Part shown: positions 8,492 through 18,121 of the stretch, one piece after another
Position numbering within the stretch: the first letter of the stretch is position 1
How the letters are laid out: each line of letters opens with the position of its first letter
From: Hyphomicrobiales bacterium
GTDB taxonomy: Bacteria > Pseudomonadota > Alphaproteobacteria > Rhizobiales > JAJFHR01
Direction of reading: 5' to 3'
Assembly: GCA_021775475.1 (NCBI GenBank)
Contig: JAJFHS010000022.1
Span: 18,871-82,870 of the forward strand
Length of the DNA: 64,000 nt
Position numbers and translations under genes: made by a program
The notes under the pieces: model-generated
What the model saw: only the letters and a program-made list of their open reading frames with translations
What the model was told of the DNA's origin: nothing
The model's database searches: none

Positions 8492-10285
8492 ATGACTGTC
8501 GTGGAAAAATTAAACGCTCCCATTGCCCGGCGCTTGAAGCGGTCTGGCTTACTTTTATCTTTGCTTGGCGCTCTGGCTTTCGCAGCGATCTCAGCCATGG
8601 CGCCTGCCGCCGCTCAGGCACGCACCGATGGGGATCATGATGACTACCCGATGTCTTTGTCCTTGTCGGGCAATTATCTGGCCGGGCGTTTTGCCGGCAC
8701 CGAGCGTGATGCCGACAGGGCAGCAGGGTTTTATGCCCGCGCCTTATTGTCAGATCCTGACAATCTGGACATTCTGGAACCCGCCTTCCTGCTCGAAGTT
8801 TCCGCAGGAAATATAGAGCGTGCTGTTCAACTCGCCAACAAGCTGATTAAACTTGGGCGCGACAATAGGATGGCGCTGTATATTTCAGGAATGGAGGATT
8901 TTCTTTCAAAGCGGTTTTCCAAATCCATCGAAAAATTTGATCGCGCCGCACGTGGCCAGATTGGCATACTGACATCAGGTCTTTTAAACGCTTGGGCCTA
9001 TAAAGGCGTCGGTGATCTTGATGCAGCGCTAAAAGCTCTGACACCATTGTCAAAAACCCAATCGTTTGTCGTCTTCAGAACCTACCATTCAGCCCTGATT
9101 GCCGATGCCCTTGGGTCTTATGCCAAGGCACAGGAATTTTATAAAAGTACCTACCGCGGCACAGGCTCGTCATTGCGGATCACCTTAGCCTATGGAAACT
9201 TCCTGGAGCGCCGCAACAAACAAAAGCAGGCTCTTGAAATTTATAATGCATTTCTGAGCCGTGTTCCCCGCCACCCCCTGGTAGCAGAAGCCAGAGATCG
9301 TGCTTTAAAAGGTACGATACCACCCTATTTTGCCCGCACCGCAAAAGAGGGTGCTTCCGAAGCAATGTTTGGGGTGGCCAGTGCCTTGTCGCAGGATTCA
9401 AGTTCTGATCTCGCTGTAATTTACACCCAGATGGCGTTATTTTTAAATCCCACGTCACCTTCGGCCTGGACGTTACTGGGAGATATATACGAAGACATGA
9501 AGAAAAACGGTCTGGCGCTGACGTCGTATGATCAGGTTGCAGAAAAATCGAGCTTGCGAAAAAATGCTGAAATACGTATTGCCGCCAATCTCGACCGTTT
9601 GGATCGCACCGATGATGCGGTTGAAAAACTAAAATCCGTCATCGCAGCTTACCCCAAAGACTATGACCCGCTGCTGGCATTGGGCAATATGATGCGCGGG
9701 CGTTCGAAATTTAAAGAAGCGGTAGAGGCTTATTCTTCAGCGTTTGCATTAATGGTTCCTGCAATTACGCCGCAGTGGTCATTCTATTACTTCCGTGGCA
9801 TCAGCTACGAGCGCATAGATCAATGGGAAAAAGCAGAAGCTGACCTGGTGAAAGCACTTGAGCTTAAGCCCAATCAACCTCTGGTATTGAATTATCTGGG
9901 GTATTCCTGGGTAGATAAAAAACTCAACCTGAAGCGTGCACTCGATATGATCCGCAAGGCCGTTAAACTGCGCCCGGCAGACGGCTATATCGTTGATAGT
10001 CTGGGCTGGGCACAATATCGCCTGCAGAAATTTGAAGACGCGGTAAAGACACTTGAACGCGCCGTTAACCTCAAACCGGACGATCCGATCATCAACGATC
10101 ATCTTGGCGATGCCTATTGGCGGGTGGGACGAAAACTCGAAGCCAGATTTCAATGGCAGCATGCCCTTGATCTGAAAGCCGACCCGAAAGATCAGATAAA
10201 AATCAAACTGAAACTCAAAAATGGTCTTTCTGACAGTGAAGCCAACACCAAAGAGGCTTCCCAACCTGCCGGCAACAAGACCTGA
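8492..10285 (+). CDS. Exported tetratricopeptide repeat protein
   Basis: Signal peptide; TPR motifs (LNYLGYSW, DSLGW, HLGDAYW); conserved position upstream of ispE. Confidence 0.88.
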   Translation: MTVVEKLNAPIARRLKRSGLLLSLLGALAFAAISAMAPAAAQARTDGDHDDYPMSLSLSGNYLAGRFAGTERDADRAAGFYARALLSDPDNLDILEPAFLLEVSAGNIERAVQLANKLIKLGRDNRMALYISGMEDFLSKRFSKSIEKFDRAARGQIGILTSGLLNAWAYKGVGDLDAALKALTPLSKTQSFVVFRTYHSALIADALGSYAKAQEFYKSTYRGTGSSLRITLAYGNFLERRNKQKQALEIYNAFLSRVPRHPLVAEARDRALKGTIPPYFARTAKEGASEAMFGVASALSQDSSSDLAVIYTQMALFLNPTSPSAWTLLGDIYEDMKKNGLALTSYDQVAEKSSLRKNAEIRIAANLDRLDRTDDAVEKLKSVIAAYPKDYDPLLALGNMMRGRSKFKEAVEAYSSAFALMVPAITPQWSFYYFRGISYERIDQWEKAEADLVKALELKPNQPLVLNYLGYSWVDKKLNLKRALDMIRKAVKLRPADGYIVDSLGWAQYRLQKFEDAVKTLERAVNLKPDDPIINDHLGDAYWRVGRKLEARFQWQHALDLKADPKDQIKIKLKLKNGLSDSEANTKEASQPAGNKT

Positions 10286-10331
10286 TTGTGAAGGCTGGGA
10301 TCTAGACAAGCAGTTTCGATGAGACCAATTC

Positions 10332-11207
10332 ATGAAGACAGTTCGCCAGTTTGCTCCGGCAAAAATTAATCTGACCCTTCATGTGAAAGGTCGCCGTGAA
10401 GACGGCTTTCATCTGATCGAGAGTTTTGTAGCCTTTGCCGACGTTGGCGATGAAATAACGGTTAAATCTCTTGACGGTTTTGACCTGAAGGTTTCGGGCC
10501 CTTTTGCCGGCCCGCTACGCGCAGAAGAGAACAATATCGCCCTGGAAGCCGCCATTGCCTTTGTAAACGGCTTTCGCAACTGTCTGCCCGGTGTTCATGT
10601 TGATCTTGTCAAAAACCTGCCTATAGCAGCGGGCATGGGCGGGGGATCATCCGATGCCGCCGCTGTCATTCGCGCACTGGCCTATCTGGTCGACATCAAC
10701 GTATCACGCACAGCTGCCGGACAACTCGCCATTGGTCTGGGGGCCGATGTCACCGTGTGCCTTGATCCTCAGGCTTGCTTCATGAGCGGTGTTGGCAACA
10801 TTGTCACAGCACTACCGGCCTTGCCGGAAACATATGCGGTGCTGGTTAATCCAAATATCAAAATGCTCACCGGTGCGGTTTTTGCGGCTCTGGCAGTGCC
10901 GGGTGCCATTCGCCGCGATGAACTAAGCCTGAAACCTGAACATGCCTTTGTCGATGCGGCTGATCTGGCGGGCTTTGTTGGTTCGTGTCGCAATGATCTT
11001 GAAGCCCCGGCCATTCGTATGTGTCATGAAATAGCTGATGTGCAATCAGCCTTGCTGGCCCGCGATGGCTGTCTGCTGGCCCGTATGACCGGCAGTGGCG
11101 CCACCTGCTTTGGCTTGTTCGCAGATAAAGAGCAAGCTGAACGCGGTGCTGCAAGTATCAGTCAAAAAGCACCAGACTGGTGGGTTAAGCCTTGCCGATT
11201 GAATTGA
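10332..11207 (+). CDS. ispE: 4-diphosphocytidyl-2-C-methyl-D-erythritol kinase
   Basis: APAKINLTLHV, KNLPIAAGMGGGSSDAA and MTGSGATCF motifs. Confidence 0.95.
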   Translation: MKTVRQFAPAKINLTLHVKGRREDGFHLIESFVAFADVGDEITVKSLDGFDLKVSGPFAGPLRAEENNIALEAAIAFVNGFRNCLPGVHVDLVKNLPIAAGMGGGSSDAAAVIRALAYLVDINVSRTAAGQLAIGLGADVTVCLDPQACFMSGVGNIVTALPALPETYAVLVNPNIKMLTGAVFAALAVPGAIRRDELSLKPEHAFVDAADLAGFVGSCRNDLEAPAIRMCHEIADVQSALLARDGCLLARMTGSGATCFGLFADKEQAERGAASISQKAPDWWVKPCRLN

Positions 11208-11235
11208 GGTGGTGGCGGGGTATAAAAATTGAGCC

Positions 11236-11667
11236 TTACCAGATTGTTAAAAAAATCCCGGCAACAACCAGATAACGCACTGCCTTGGCCACAAACACAA
11301 ATGTGGTGAACACCAATATTGGTGTGCGCGAGATACCGGCGATCACAGTGAGCGGATCGCCGATAACCGGTAGCCACGACAGCAGTAAAGACCAGATTCC
11401 CCAGCGTTGATACCAGGTGGTGAAGCGATCGTATTTTTCATGGGGGACCGGGAACCATTTATGCGAGCGATGGTGGGAAAAGAAACGACCGATGCCCCAG
11501 TTCACGCAACTGCCAAGTGTATTACCAATCGTTGCGACCAAAACAGCCAGACCAACCGCTACCTCGTTGCTGGACAAAACCCCCACCAGCACAATCTCGG
11601 ATGACCCGGGAAGCAAGGTGGCAGAAACAAAAGCTGAAATAAAAAGAGTGGAAACAAGGCTGCTCAT
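11236..11667 (-). CDS. YqaA/DedA-family membrane protein
   Basis: SATLLPGSSE, GNTLGS and LLSWLPVIGDPLT motifs. Confidence 0.88.
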   Translation of the reverse strand: MSSLVSTLFISAFVSATLLPGSSEIVLVGVLSSNEVAVGLAVLVATIGNTLGSCVNWGIGRFFSHHRSHKWFPVPHEKYDRFTTWYQRWGIWSLLLSWLPVIGDPLTVIAGISRTPILVFTTFVFVAKAVRYLVVAGIFLTIW

Positions 11668-11682
11668 TTAAGAAAACATGCC

Positions 11683-12699
11683 TTAAAAAGAACGGCTCAC
11701 ACAAAACCGAACCACCTCCATCAGCGCGGTTTTTTGCGGGCACGCAGGAAAAATTTCCAGTGCATCGCACGCGATTGCACCATAATGGTGGGCACGGCTG
11801 ATCGTATCTTCCAGCGCATTGTGCTGTTTCATCAATGAAATTGCATGCTCGAGATCACCGTCTCTTTGATCTCCATCTTCTAGTGCGCGCTTCCAGAATT
11901 TTCGTTCGTCATCATTGCCGCGACGATAGGTTAAAACTACCGGCAGGGTAATTTTACCCTCCCTGAAATCATCACCAACAGATTTTCCCATGGCATCGGC
12001 GTCACCGCTATAATCCAGTGCATCATCTATAAGCTGAAACACCAGTCCGAGATTGCGGCCATAGCTGTCCAGGGCGGAGCGTTTTTCCGACGATTGATCA
12101 GAAATGATACCACCAACGTGGGCAGCCGCTGCAAACAGCGCGGCGGTCTTGGCCTTGATTACAGCGAGATAAGCATCTTCGGTTGTGGTGATGTGCTGGG
12201 CAGCGGCCAGTTGCATCACCTCGCCCTCGGCAATCACCGCAGCGGCATCTGACAAAACCGCAAGGCAATCGAGTGAGCCGGTTTCAACCATCATCTTGAA
12301 GGCCTGACCAAGCAGAAAATCACCGACCAGGACACTTGCCTCATTGCCCCACAGAATGCGCGCGGTTTTATTGCCACGGCGCATATCGCTTTCATCAACC
12401 ACATCGTCGTGCAGCAAAGTTGCCGTGTGCATGAATTCAACGCTTGAGGCCAGTTTGATGTGATGTTTGCCTTCATAGCCGCACATTTGTGCAGCAGCGA
12501 TGGTCAACATCGGCCGGATTCTCTTGCCGCCGGAATCTATCAGGTGCCGGGCGAGTTCCGGAATGAGTTCGACGTTTGACACCACGCGTTGCATGATCAA
12601 CTCATTGACACCGTCCATATCATCGGCAACCAGCGCCATCAACGGAGCCAGACTCGCCGCTTGATTACGACCTTTATCGAGGGGGATTACAACGCCCAA
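11683..12699 (-). CDS. ispB: Long-chain polyprenyl diphosphate synthase (IspB-like)
   Basis: GGKRIRP, LLHDDVVD and QLIDDALD aspartate-rich motifs; TTG start. Confidence 0.9.
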   Translation of the reverse strand: MGVVIPLDKGRNQAASLAPLMALVADDMDGVNELIMQRVVSNVELIPELARHLIDSGGKRIRPMLTIAAAQMCGYEGKHHIKLASSVEFMHTATLLHDDVVDESDMRRGNKTARILWGNEASVLVGDFLLGQAFKMMVETGSLDCLAVLSDAAAVIAEGEVMQLAAAQHITTTEDAYLAVIKAKTAALFAAAAHVGGIISDQSSEKRSALDSYGRNLGLVFQLIDDALDYSGDADAMGKSVGDDFREGKITLPVVLTYRRGNDDERKFWKRALEDGDQRDGDLEHAISLMKQHNALEDTISRAHHYGAIACDALEIFPACPQKTALMEVVRFCVSRSF

Positions 12700-12854
12700 A
12701 ACATGTTTCCTTCAATATCAAACCAGTAAATGACAATAAGTCGGCACTCATAGTTGGGTCAAGTGCGACGAATTGCCTTTGGCTCATTTGTGTGATCACA
12801 TACACTGCTGACAGCACTATTTCGATGAATTTTTGATGATAGAATTTTTTGCTT

Positions 12855-13067
12855 ATGGAAGAACTTTTGCGAACAAACGATATGGTCCTGATTTCCTATA
12901 TTGAGTCCATGTTGAATGATGCCGGAATTCCACATCATGTTATGGACACCAATATGAGTGTTGTTGAAGGCTCCATCGGTGTGCTGCCGCGACGGATTAT
13001 GGTGATGGGTGATCAGATCAACCAGGCCCGGCGGATTGTCAAGGAGGCGGATATAGAGGGACTATGA
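12855..13067 (+). CDS. DUF2007-like small protein
   Basis: ELLRTND, MSVVEGSIGVLPRRIMV; typical location between ispB and a methyltransferase. Confidence 0.8.
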   Translation: MEELLRTNDMVLISYIESMLNDAGIPHHVMDTNMSVVEGSIGVLPRRIMVMGDQINQARRIVKEADIEGL

Positions 13068-13828
13068 CGCTTGTGGTTGATGAACTCACCGATGATGCTT
13101 TTCTGGGTGGAAAATTACACTGTTTGCAACCGGCAAAAGGCTATCGCTCCGGTCTCGATGCGGTATTTCTGGCCGCCTCAATTCCCGCTCGCCCCGGCGA
13201 CACAACGCTTGAAGCGGGAAGCGGCACCGGCATTGCCAGCTTGTGTCTGGCAGCTACTGTGGAAAACCTCAAAGTTGTCGGTCTTGAAATAAATCCGCAC
13301 AGCATAGAACTCGCCCATCGAAATGCTGCCCGCAACGGATTTGAAAAAAACTCGGCCTTTGTCGAAGGTGATCTGTCCCGGTCATTTAAAAATTTGGAAC
13401 AAAATGGCATCGTGGAAAACCTCTACGACCATGTTTTTGCCAATCCGCCATTCTTTGCCGAAGATGCAGCCCAGATATCTCCTGATGCCGGCAAGGCCAA
13501 AGCCAACGTTATGGGCACCGAGGGACTGGACAGATGGTTGAAATTTCTAACCGCCGTGGTCAAGCCGCACGGCACCATAACCATCATTCATCGCGCTGAA
13601 GCCCTGGCAGCGCTGACCGCAAGCTTTGAAGGTCGCGCCGGTGGATTGAAAATCTATCCACTGTTTCCCAAAGCCCATATGCCCGCTTCAAGGCTCATTG
13701 TGCAGGGTATAAAAGGCTCCCGCGCTCAATCCAGCCTGTTGCCGGGCCAGATCATGCATCAGGCCGATGGCACCTTCACACCTGAGGTTCAGGCGATTTT
13801 ACGCGACGGTAAACGGTTGAAAATTTAA
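13064..13828 (+). CDS. tRNA1(Val) adenine37-N6 methyltransferase-like protein
   Basis: QPAKGYRSGLDAVFLA, EAGSGTG and ANPPF motifs. Confidence 0.85.
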   Translation: MTLVVDELTDDAFLGGKLHCLQPAKGYRSGLDAVFLAASIPARPGDTTLEAGSGTGIASLCLAATVENLKVVGLEINPHSIELAHRNAARNGFEKNSAFVEGDLSRSFKNLEQNGIVENLYDHVFANPPFFAEDAAQISPDAGKAKANVMGTEGLDRWLKFLTAVVKPHGTITIIHRAEALAALTASFEGRAGGLKIYPLFPKAHMPASRLIVQGIKGSRAQSSLLPGQIMHQADGTFTPEVQAILRDGKRLKI

Positions 13829-13882
13829 CAACATTGTTGTTTTGGTCTTGTGGTTGGCCCTTGCGGCGATTATCTATCCCTG

Positions 13883-14782
13883 ATGAAAACAACCAAATCC
13901 TCAAAAATACCAGGCTGGCGGCGATTTTTGCCCAAGCGCTTTCGCAATCCCAAACCCGTTGTCGCCGTTGTGCGTCTGAGTGGTGTCATTGGCGGTGGGT
14001 CTGCCTTGCGACCGGGGCTCAACCTCAACAGTGTCAGCACTGTTCTCGAAACCGCCTTTAAAACCAAACATGCCAAAGCAGTGGTACTGGCGATAAATTC
14101 GCCCGGCGGCTCACCTGTTCAATCAAACCTGATTTACACCCGCATCCGTGCACTGGCCAAAGAGCATGAATTGCCGGTCTACGTTTTTTGCGAAGATGTG
14201 GCGGCATCAGGCGGCTATTGGCTGGCGTGCGCGGGTGATGAAATTTATGCCGACAGCAATTCTATCGTCGGCTCTATCGGCGTCATTGCCGCAGGTTTTG
14301 GATTTACCGAATTGATCAAGAAGGTCGGGATCGAGCGCCGGGTATATACCGCCGGTGAAAACAAAAACATCCTCGATCCGTTCAAGGCGGAAAATGCCAG
14401 TGATGTAAAACGCATCAAATCCCTGCAAAAAGACATCCACGAAAGTTTCAAGGATCTGGTGGTGAAAGCCCGGGGTGATGCGCTGAAGGAAATCCCAAAA
14501 AAGCTGTTTACTGGCGAATTCTGGACCGGTGCCAAAGCGCTTGAAATGGGTCTGATTGACGGCATTGGCGATATGCGCGCCATTATGCGTGAGAAATACG
14601 GTGAAAAAGTCAAACTTAAACTTGTTGCCGCCAATCAAGGCTGGCTCAAGCGCCGCCTTAGCCCGGGTTCTTCTCTCGGGCTTATTGCCGGTGCCAGCGG
14701 ACAGTCATTGGCGCAGGGACTTACCGATGATGTCATTTCAACCATTGAAGAACGCGCAATCTGGTCACGCTACGGCCTGTAA
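13883..14782 (+). CDS. S49-family peptidase (SppA/SohB-like)
   Basis: INSPGGSPVQS, DVAASGGYWLA and VGSIGV motifs. Confidence 0.9.
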   Translation: MKTTKSSKIPGWRRFLPKRFRNPKPVVAVVRLSGVIGGGSALRPGLNLNSVSTVLETAFKTKHAKAVVLAINSPGGSPVQSNLIYTRIRALAKEHELPVYVFCEDVAASGGYWLACAGDEIYADSNSIVGSIGVIAAGFGFTELIKKVGIERRVYTAGENKNILDPFKAENASDVKRIKSLQKDIHESFKDLVVKARGDALKEIPKKLFTGEFWTGAKALEMGLIDGIGDMRAIMREKYGEKVKLKLVAANQGWLKRRLSPGSSLGLIAGASGQSLAQGLTDDVISTIEERAIWSRYGL

Positions 14783-14818
14783 TTTTATCTAGAGCAATTG
14801 GTAACATACCCCTCTTCC

Positions 14819-14936
14819 TCGTCATCCCCGGGCTTGTCCCGGGGATCCATTCCTCAATCCTCTCGGGCAAAAGGCACTATCTTTGTTTTCGAAAGACCAA
14901 CGCTGTGGATCCCCGGGTCAAGCCCGGGGATGACGA
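14819..14936. repeat. CGTC-type REP doublet, copy B (inverted relative to A)
   Basis: TCGTCATCCCCGGGCTTGTCCCGGGGATCCA and TGGATCCCCGGGTCAAGCCCGGGGATGACGA; spacer closely matches the reverse complement of the copy A spacer. Confidence 0.93.
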
Positions 14937-15099
14937 AGCAAGTGAGGTTGGGTGAGGGAGACACGCATTAAATCAAAAGCCCCGCTTGACCCGAACATGA
15001 GCCACGGGTAGGTTGCGCGCGTTCCTTCTGTTTTACGCGAATCTCTAAGGTCGTTTAGAACGAACATCGCCTTTTCGCCTTACGCTCAAGAGTGTTGCA

Positions 15100-16014
15100 A
15101 TGCCAACCCAGTCTGTTCCAGCAAGTCTTGTTCCCGAGCGCTCGTTTCAGGGGTTGATTCTGGCCCTTCAGCACTATTGGGCAGCTTACGGCTGCGCCCT
15201 GCTTCAGCCCTATGACATGGAAGTTGGTGCGGGCACGTTTCACCCGGCGACCATCCTGCGCTCACTGGGTCCAAAACCGTGGAATGCCGCCTACGTGCAA
15301 CCCTCACGGCGACCCAAAGATGGCCGTTATGGCAATAACCCCAACCGCCTTCAGCACTACTACCAGTTTCAGGTCATCCTCAAGCCATCACCGAAGGATT
15401 TTCAGGAACTTTACCTCAAAAGCCTTTATGCCATTGGCATTGACCCGGAAAACCACGACATCAGGTTTGTTGAAGATGACTGGGAAAGCCCGACGCTTGG
15501 CGCCTGGGGGCTGGGCTGGGAAGTGTGGTGCGATGGTATGGAAGTCTCGCAATTCACCTATTTTCAGCAAGTCTGCGGTCAGGATTGCGCACCCGTAACC
15601 GGCGAGCTGACCTATGGCATCGAACGCCTGGCGATGTATGTGCAGGGTGTCGATAATATTTATGATTTGAATTTCAACGGCGGCGAGGGCGAGGCCCGCG
15701 TTTCTTATGGCGACGTATTCTTGCAGGCCGAACAGGAATATTCGCGCTACAATTTTGAATACGCAGACACTGAAGCCCTCACCCGGCATTTTGAAGATGC
15801 TGAAAAAGAATGCCAGTCCTTGCTTGATGCCGGCGGCATGGCTCAGCCCGCTTATGATCAATGCATCAAGGCGAGCCATATATTTAACCTGCTCGATGCC
15901 CGTGGCGTCATCTCGGTAACCGAACGCCAGTCCTATATCTTACGCGTGCGCAACCTTTCCACCCAATGCGGTGAAGCCTGGATCAAAACCGAAGCAGGAG
16001 GTGCAGATGCCTGA
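15100..16014 (+). CDS. glyQ: Glycine-tRNA ligase alpha subunit
   Basis: [22 protein letters not shown] and [17 protein letters not shown] motifs. Confidence 0.98.
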   Translation: MPTQSVPASLVPERSFQGLILALQHYWAAYGCALLQPYDMEVGAGTFHPATILRSLGPKPWNAAYVQPSRRPKDGRYGNNPNRLQHYYQFQVILKPSPKDFQELYLKSLYAIGIDPENHDIRFVEDDWESPTLGAWGLGWEVWCDGMEVSQFTYFQQVCGQDCAPVTGELTYGIERLAMYVQGVDNIYDLNFNGGEGEARVSYGDVFLQAEQEYSRYNFEYADTEALTRHFEDAEKECQSLLDAGGMAQPAYDQCIKASHIFNLLDARGVISVTERQSYILRVRNLSTQCGEAWIKTEAGGADA

Positions 16015-18106
16015 TCTCTTGTTAGAATTGTTCAACGAAGAAATCCCCGCCCGCATGCAGGCACGCGCCGCGGATGATCTGAAAAAACTGGTCACCGATG
16101 CCCTGGTCGAGGCGGGCCTCGTTTACGAAAGTGCGGGCGCGTTCGTCACCCCGCGCCGCCTGACTTTAAGCGTCACCGGCATTCCCGCAACCCAGCCCGA
16201 TGTTCGCGAAGAACGCAAAGGCCCGCGCGTTGGCGCGCCGGAAAAAGCCGTTGAAGGTTTTCTGCGTGGCTGTGGCCTGACTTCGATTGATGATGCAACC
16301 ATCCAGACCGATCCCAAAAAGGGTGATTTCTATGTTGCCATCACCGAAAAAAAGGGCGCGGCGGCAGACAAAGTAATCGCTGAAATCATTCCCGCCATTA
16401 TAGGTAAATTCCCGTGGCCCAAATCGATGAAATGGGGCAGGGGTAATCTGCGCTGGGTGCGGCCTTTGCATTCGGTTCTGTGCCTGTTGGGCGAAGGTGA
16501 AGATGCGCAAGTTGTAAAATTTGAAATTGGCGATGTAACTTCCGGCAACACAACAAAATGCCATCGCTTCATGGCCCCGGATGAATTTACCGTCACAGGT
16601 TTTGAAGATTACGAAGCCAAACTGGCAAAAGCCCACGTCATCCTCGATGCCCAACATCGTCGCGACACCATCGCGCATGACGCCAAACAACTCGCCTTTG
16701 CCAAAGGCCTCGAACTGGTTGAGGACAAAGGCCTGTTAGCCGAAGTCGCCGGTCTGGTGGAATGGCCGGTGGTGATGATGGGTAATTTTGACGAGGATTT
16801 TCTGGAGGTGCCACCGGAAGTCCTGACCATCGCCATGAAATCGCATCAAAAATGTTTTTCACTGCACGATCCCAAAACCGGCAAACTTGCCAACGCCTTT
16901 ATTCTGGTGTCGAACCTTGTCGCCAAAGATGGCGGCAAGAAGATTGTCGCCGGTAATGAACGCGTCATCAATGCGCGGCTGAGTGATGCAAGGTTCTTCT
17001 GGCAACTTGATCTCAAAACCCGGCTGGAAGACCAGGCAAAGAAACTGGAAAAAATCATCTTCCATGAAAAGCTCGGGTCCCAGAGCGAGCGCATTGACCG
17101 TCTCCAATCTCTGGCAGGAAAAATTGCCGCCATCGTTGATGCCGACCCCGAACAGGCAAAACGCGCAGCTTCTTTGTGCAAAGCTGATCTGGTAACCGAA
17201 ATGGTCGGAGAATTTCCCGACTTGCAGGGGCTGATGGGGCGTTATTATGCATCCGCTCAAGGCGAAGATGGCGCCATCGCGCAAGCCTGCGAGATGCATT
17301 ACAAACCGCAAGGCCCATCGGACGAAGTGCCGACGCAGGCCATATCCATTGCCGTGGCCTTGGCTGATAAACTGGATACACTGATTGGTTTTTGGGCCAT
17401 CAACGAAAAACCAACCGGCAGTAAAGATCCGTTCGCCTTAAGGCGTGCAGCTTTAGGTGTTATCCGTATTATTCTCGAAAATAATGTGCGCCTGGATTTT
17501 GCTGATGTGCTGCAGTCGCATTTGAAACTGTATCAGGACCAGCGCGCGCCGGGCTTTGGCAAAGAGTTTGAGCCTGCAACTCTACAGTCGTTTTTCACGG
17601 ACCGCCTCAAAGTCCACTTGCGTGATCGTGGTATCAACCATGATCTCATTGACGCGGTGCTGTCAAATAGTGATCACGATGATCTGGTTATGATTGTCAA
17701 ACGCGTAAATGCCCTCAATGATTTCATCAAAACCGAAGATGGCACCAATCTGCTGGCCGGATACAAGCGCGCGGTAAATATCGTAACGATTGAAGAGAAA
17801 AAAGACGGCCCCGGCATTGAATATTCCGGTGAAGTCGACGAAAGCTTCTTCGAACACGATGAAGAAAAAAACCTCTCTGCCGAATTGAAGACAGCAAAAG
17901 CTGCCGCCGCTACGGCATTGAAGATAGAAGATTTCTCCGCCGCCATGGCCGCCATGGCACCGTTGCGCGGGCCCGTGGATGCGTTTTTTGATGCAGTGAT
18001 CGTCAATGCTGATGACCCGATCATTCGCCGCAACCGCCTGTGTATGCTCAATCAAATTCGTAAAACTCTTGGCCAGGTAGCTGATTTTTCTAAAATTGAA
18101 GGCTGA
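16007..18106 (+). CDS. glyS: Glycine-tRNA ligase beta subunit
   Basis: [20 protein letters not shown] and [14 protein letters not shown]; AGGAGG upstream; overlaps glyQ stop. Confidence 0.97.
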   Translation: MPDLLLELFNEEIPARMQARAADDLKKLVTDALVEAGLVYESAGAFVTPRRLTLSVTGIPATQPDVREERKGPRVGAPEKAVEGFLRGCGLTSIDDATIQTDPKKGDFYVAITEKKGAAADKVIAEIIPAIIGKFPWPKSMKWGRGNLRWVRPLHSVLCLLGEGEDAQVVKFEIGDVTSGNTTKCHRFMAPDEFTVTGFEDYEAKLAKAHVILDAQHRRDTIAHDAKQLAFAKGLELVEDKGLLAEVAGLVEWPVVMMGNFDEDFLEVPPEVLTIAMKSHQKCFSLHDPKTGKLANAFILVSNLVAKDGGKKIVAGNERVINARLSDARFFWQLDLKTRLEDQAKKLEKIIFHEKLGSQSERIDRLQSLAGKIAAIVDADPEQAKRAASLCKADLVTEMVGEFPDLQGLMGRYYASAQGEDGAIAQACEMHYKPQGPSDEVPTQAISIAVALADKLDTLIGFWAINEKPTGSKDPFALRRAALGVIRIILENNVRLDFADVLQSHLKLYQDQRAPGFGKEFEPATLQSFFTDRLKVHLRDRGINHDLIDAVLSNSDHDDLVMIVKRVNALNDFIKTEDGTNLLAGYKRAVNIVTIEEKKDGPGIEYSGEVDESFFEHDEEKNLSAELKTAKAAAATALKIEDFSAAMAAMAPLRGPVDAFFDAVIVNADDPIIRRNRLCMLNQIRKTLGQVADFSKIEG

Positions 18107-18121
18107 TACATGTGTTCTGAT

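Noticed and set aside
12791-12800. TGTGATCACA palindrome in the ispB/DUF2007 divergent region
   Set aside because: Lacks the N6 or N4 spacer of CRP/FNR-type sites; a 10-bp palindrome is expected by chance in 64 kb
14984-14994. GCTTGACCCGA matching the REP loop upstream of glyQ
   Set aside because: Only 11 bp with no stem; better explained as the glyQ -35 element (TTGACC)
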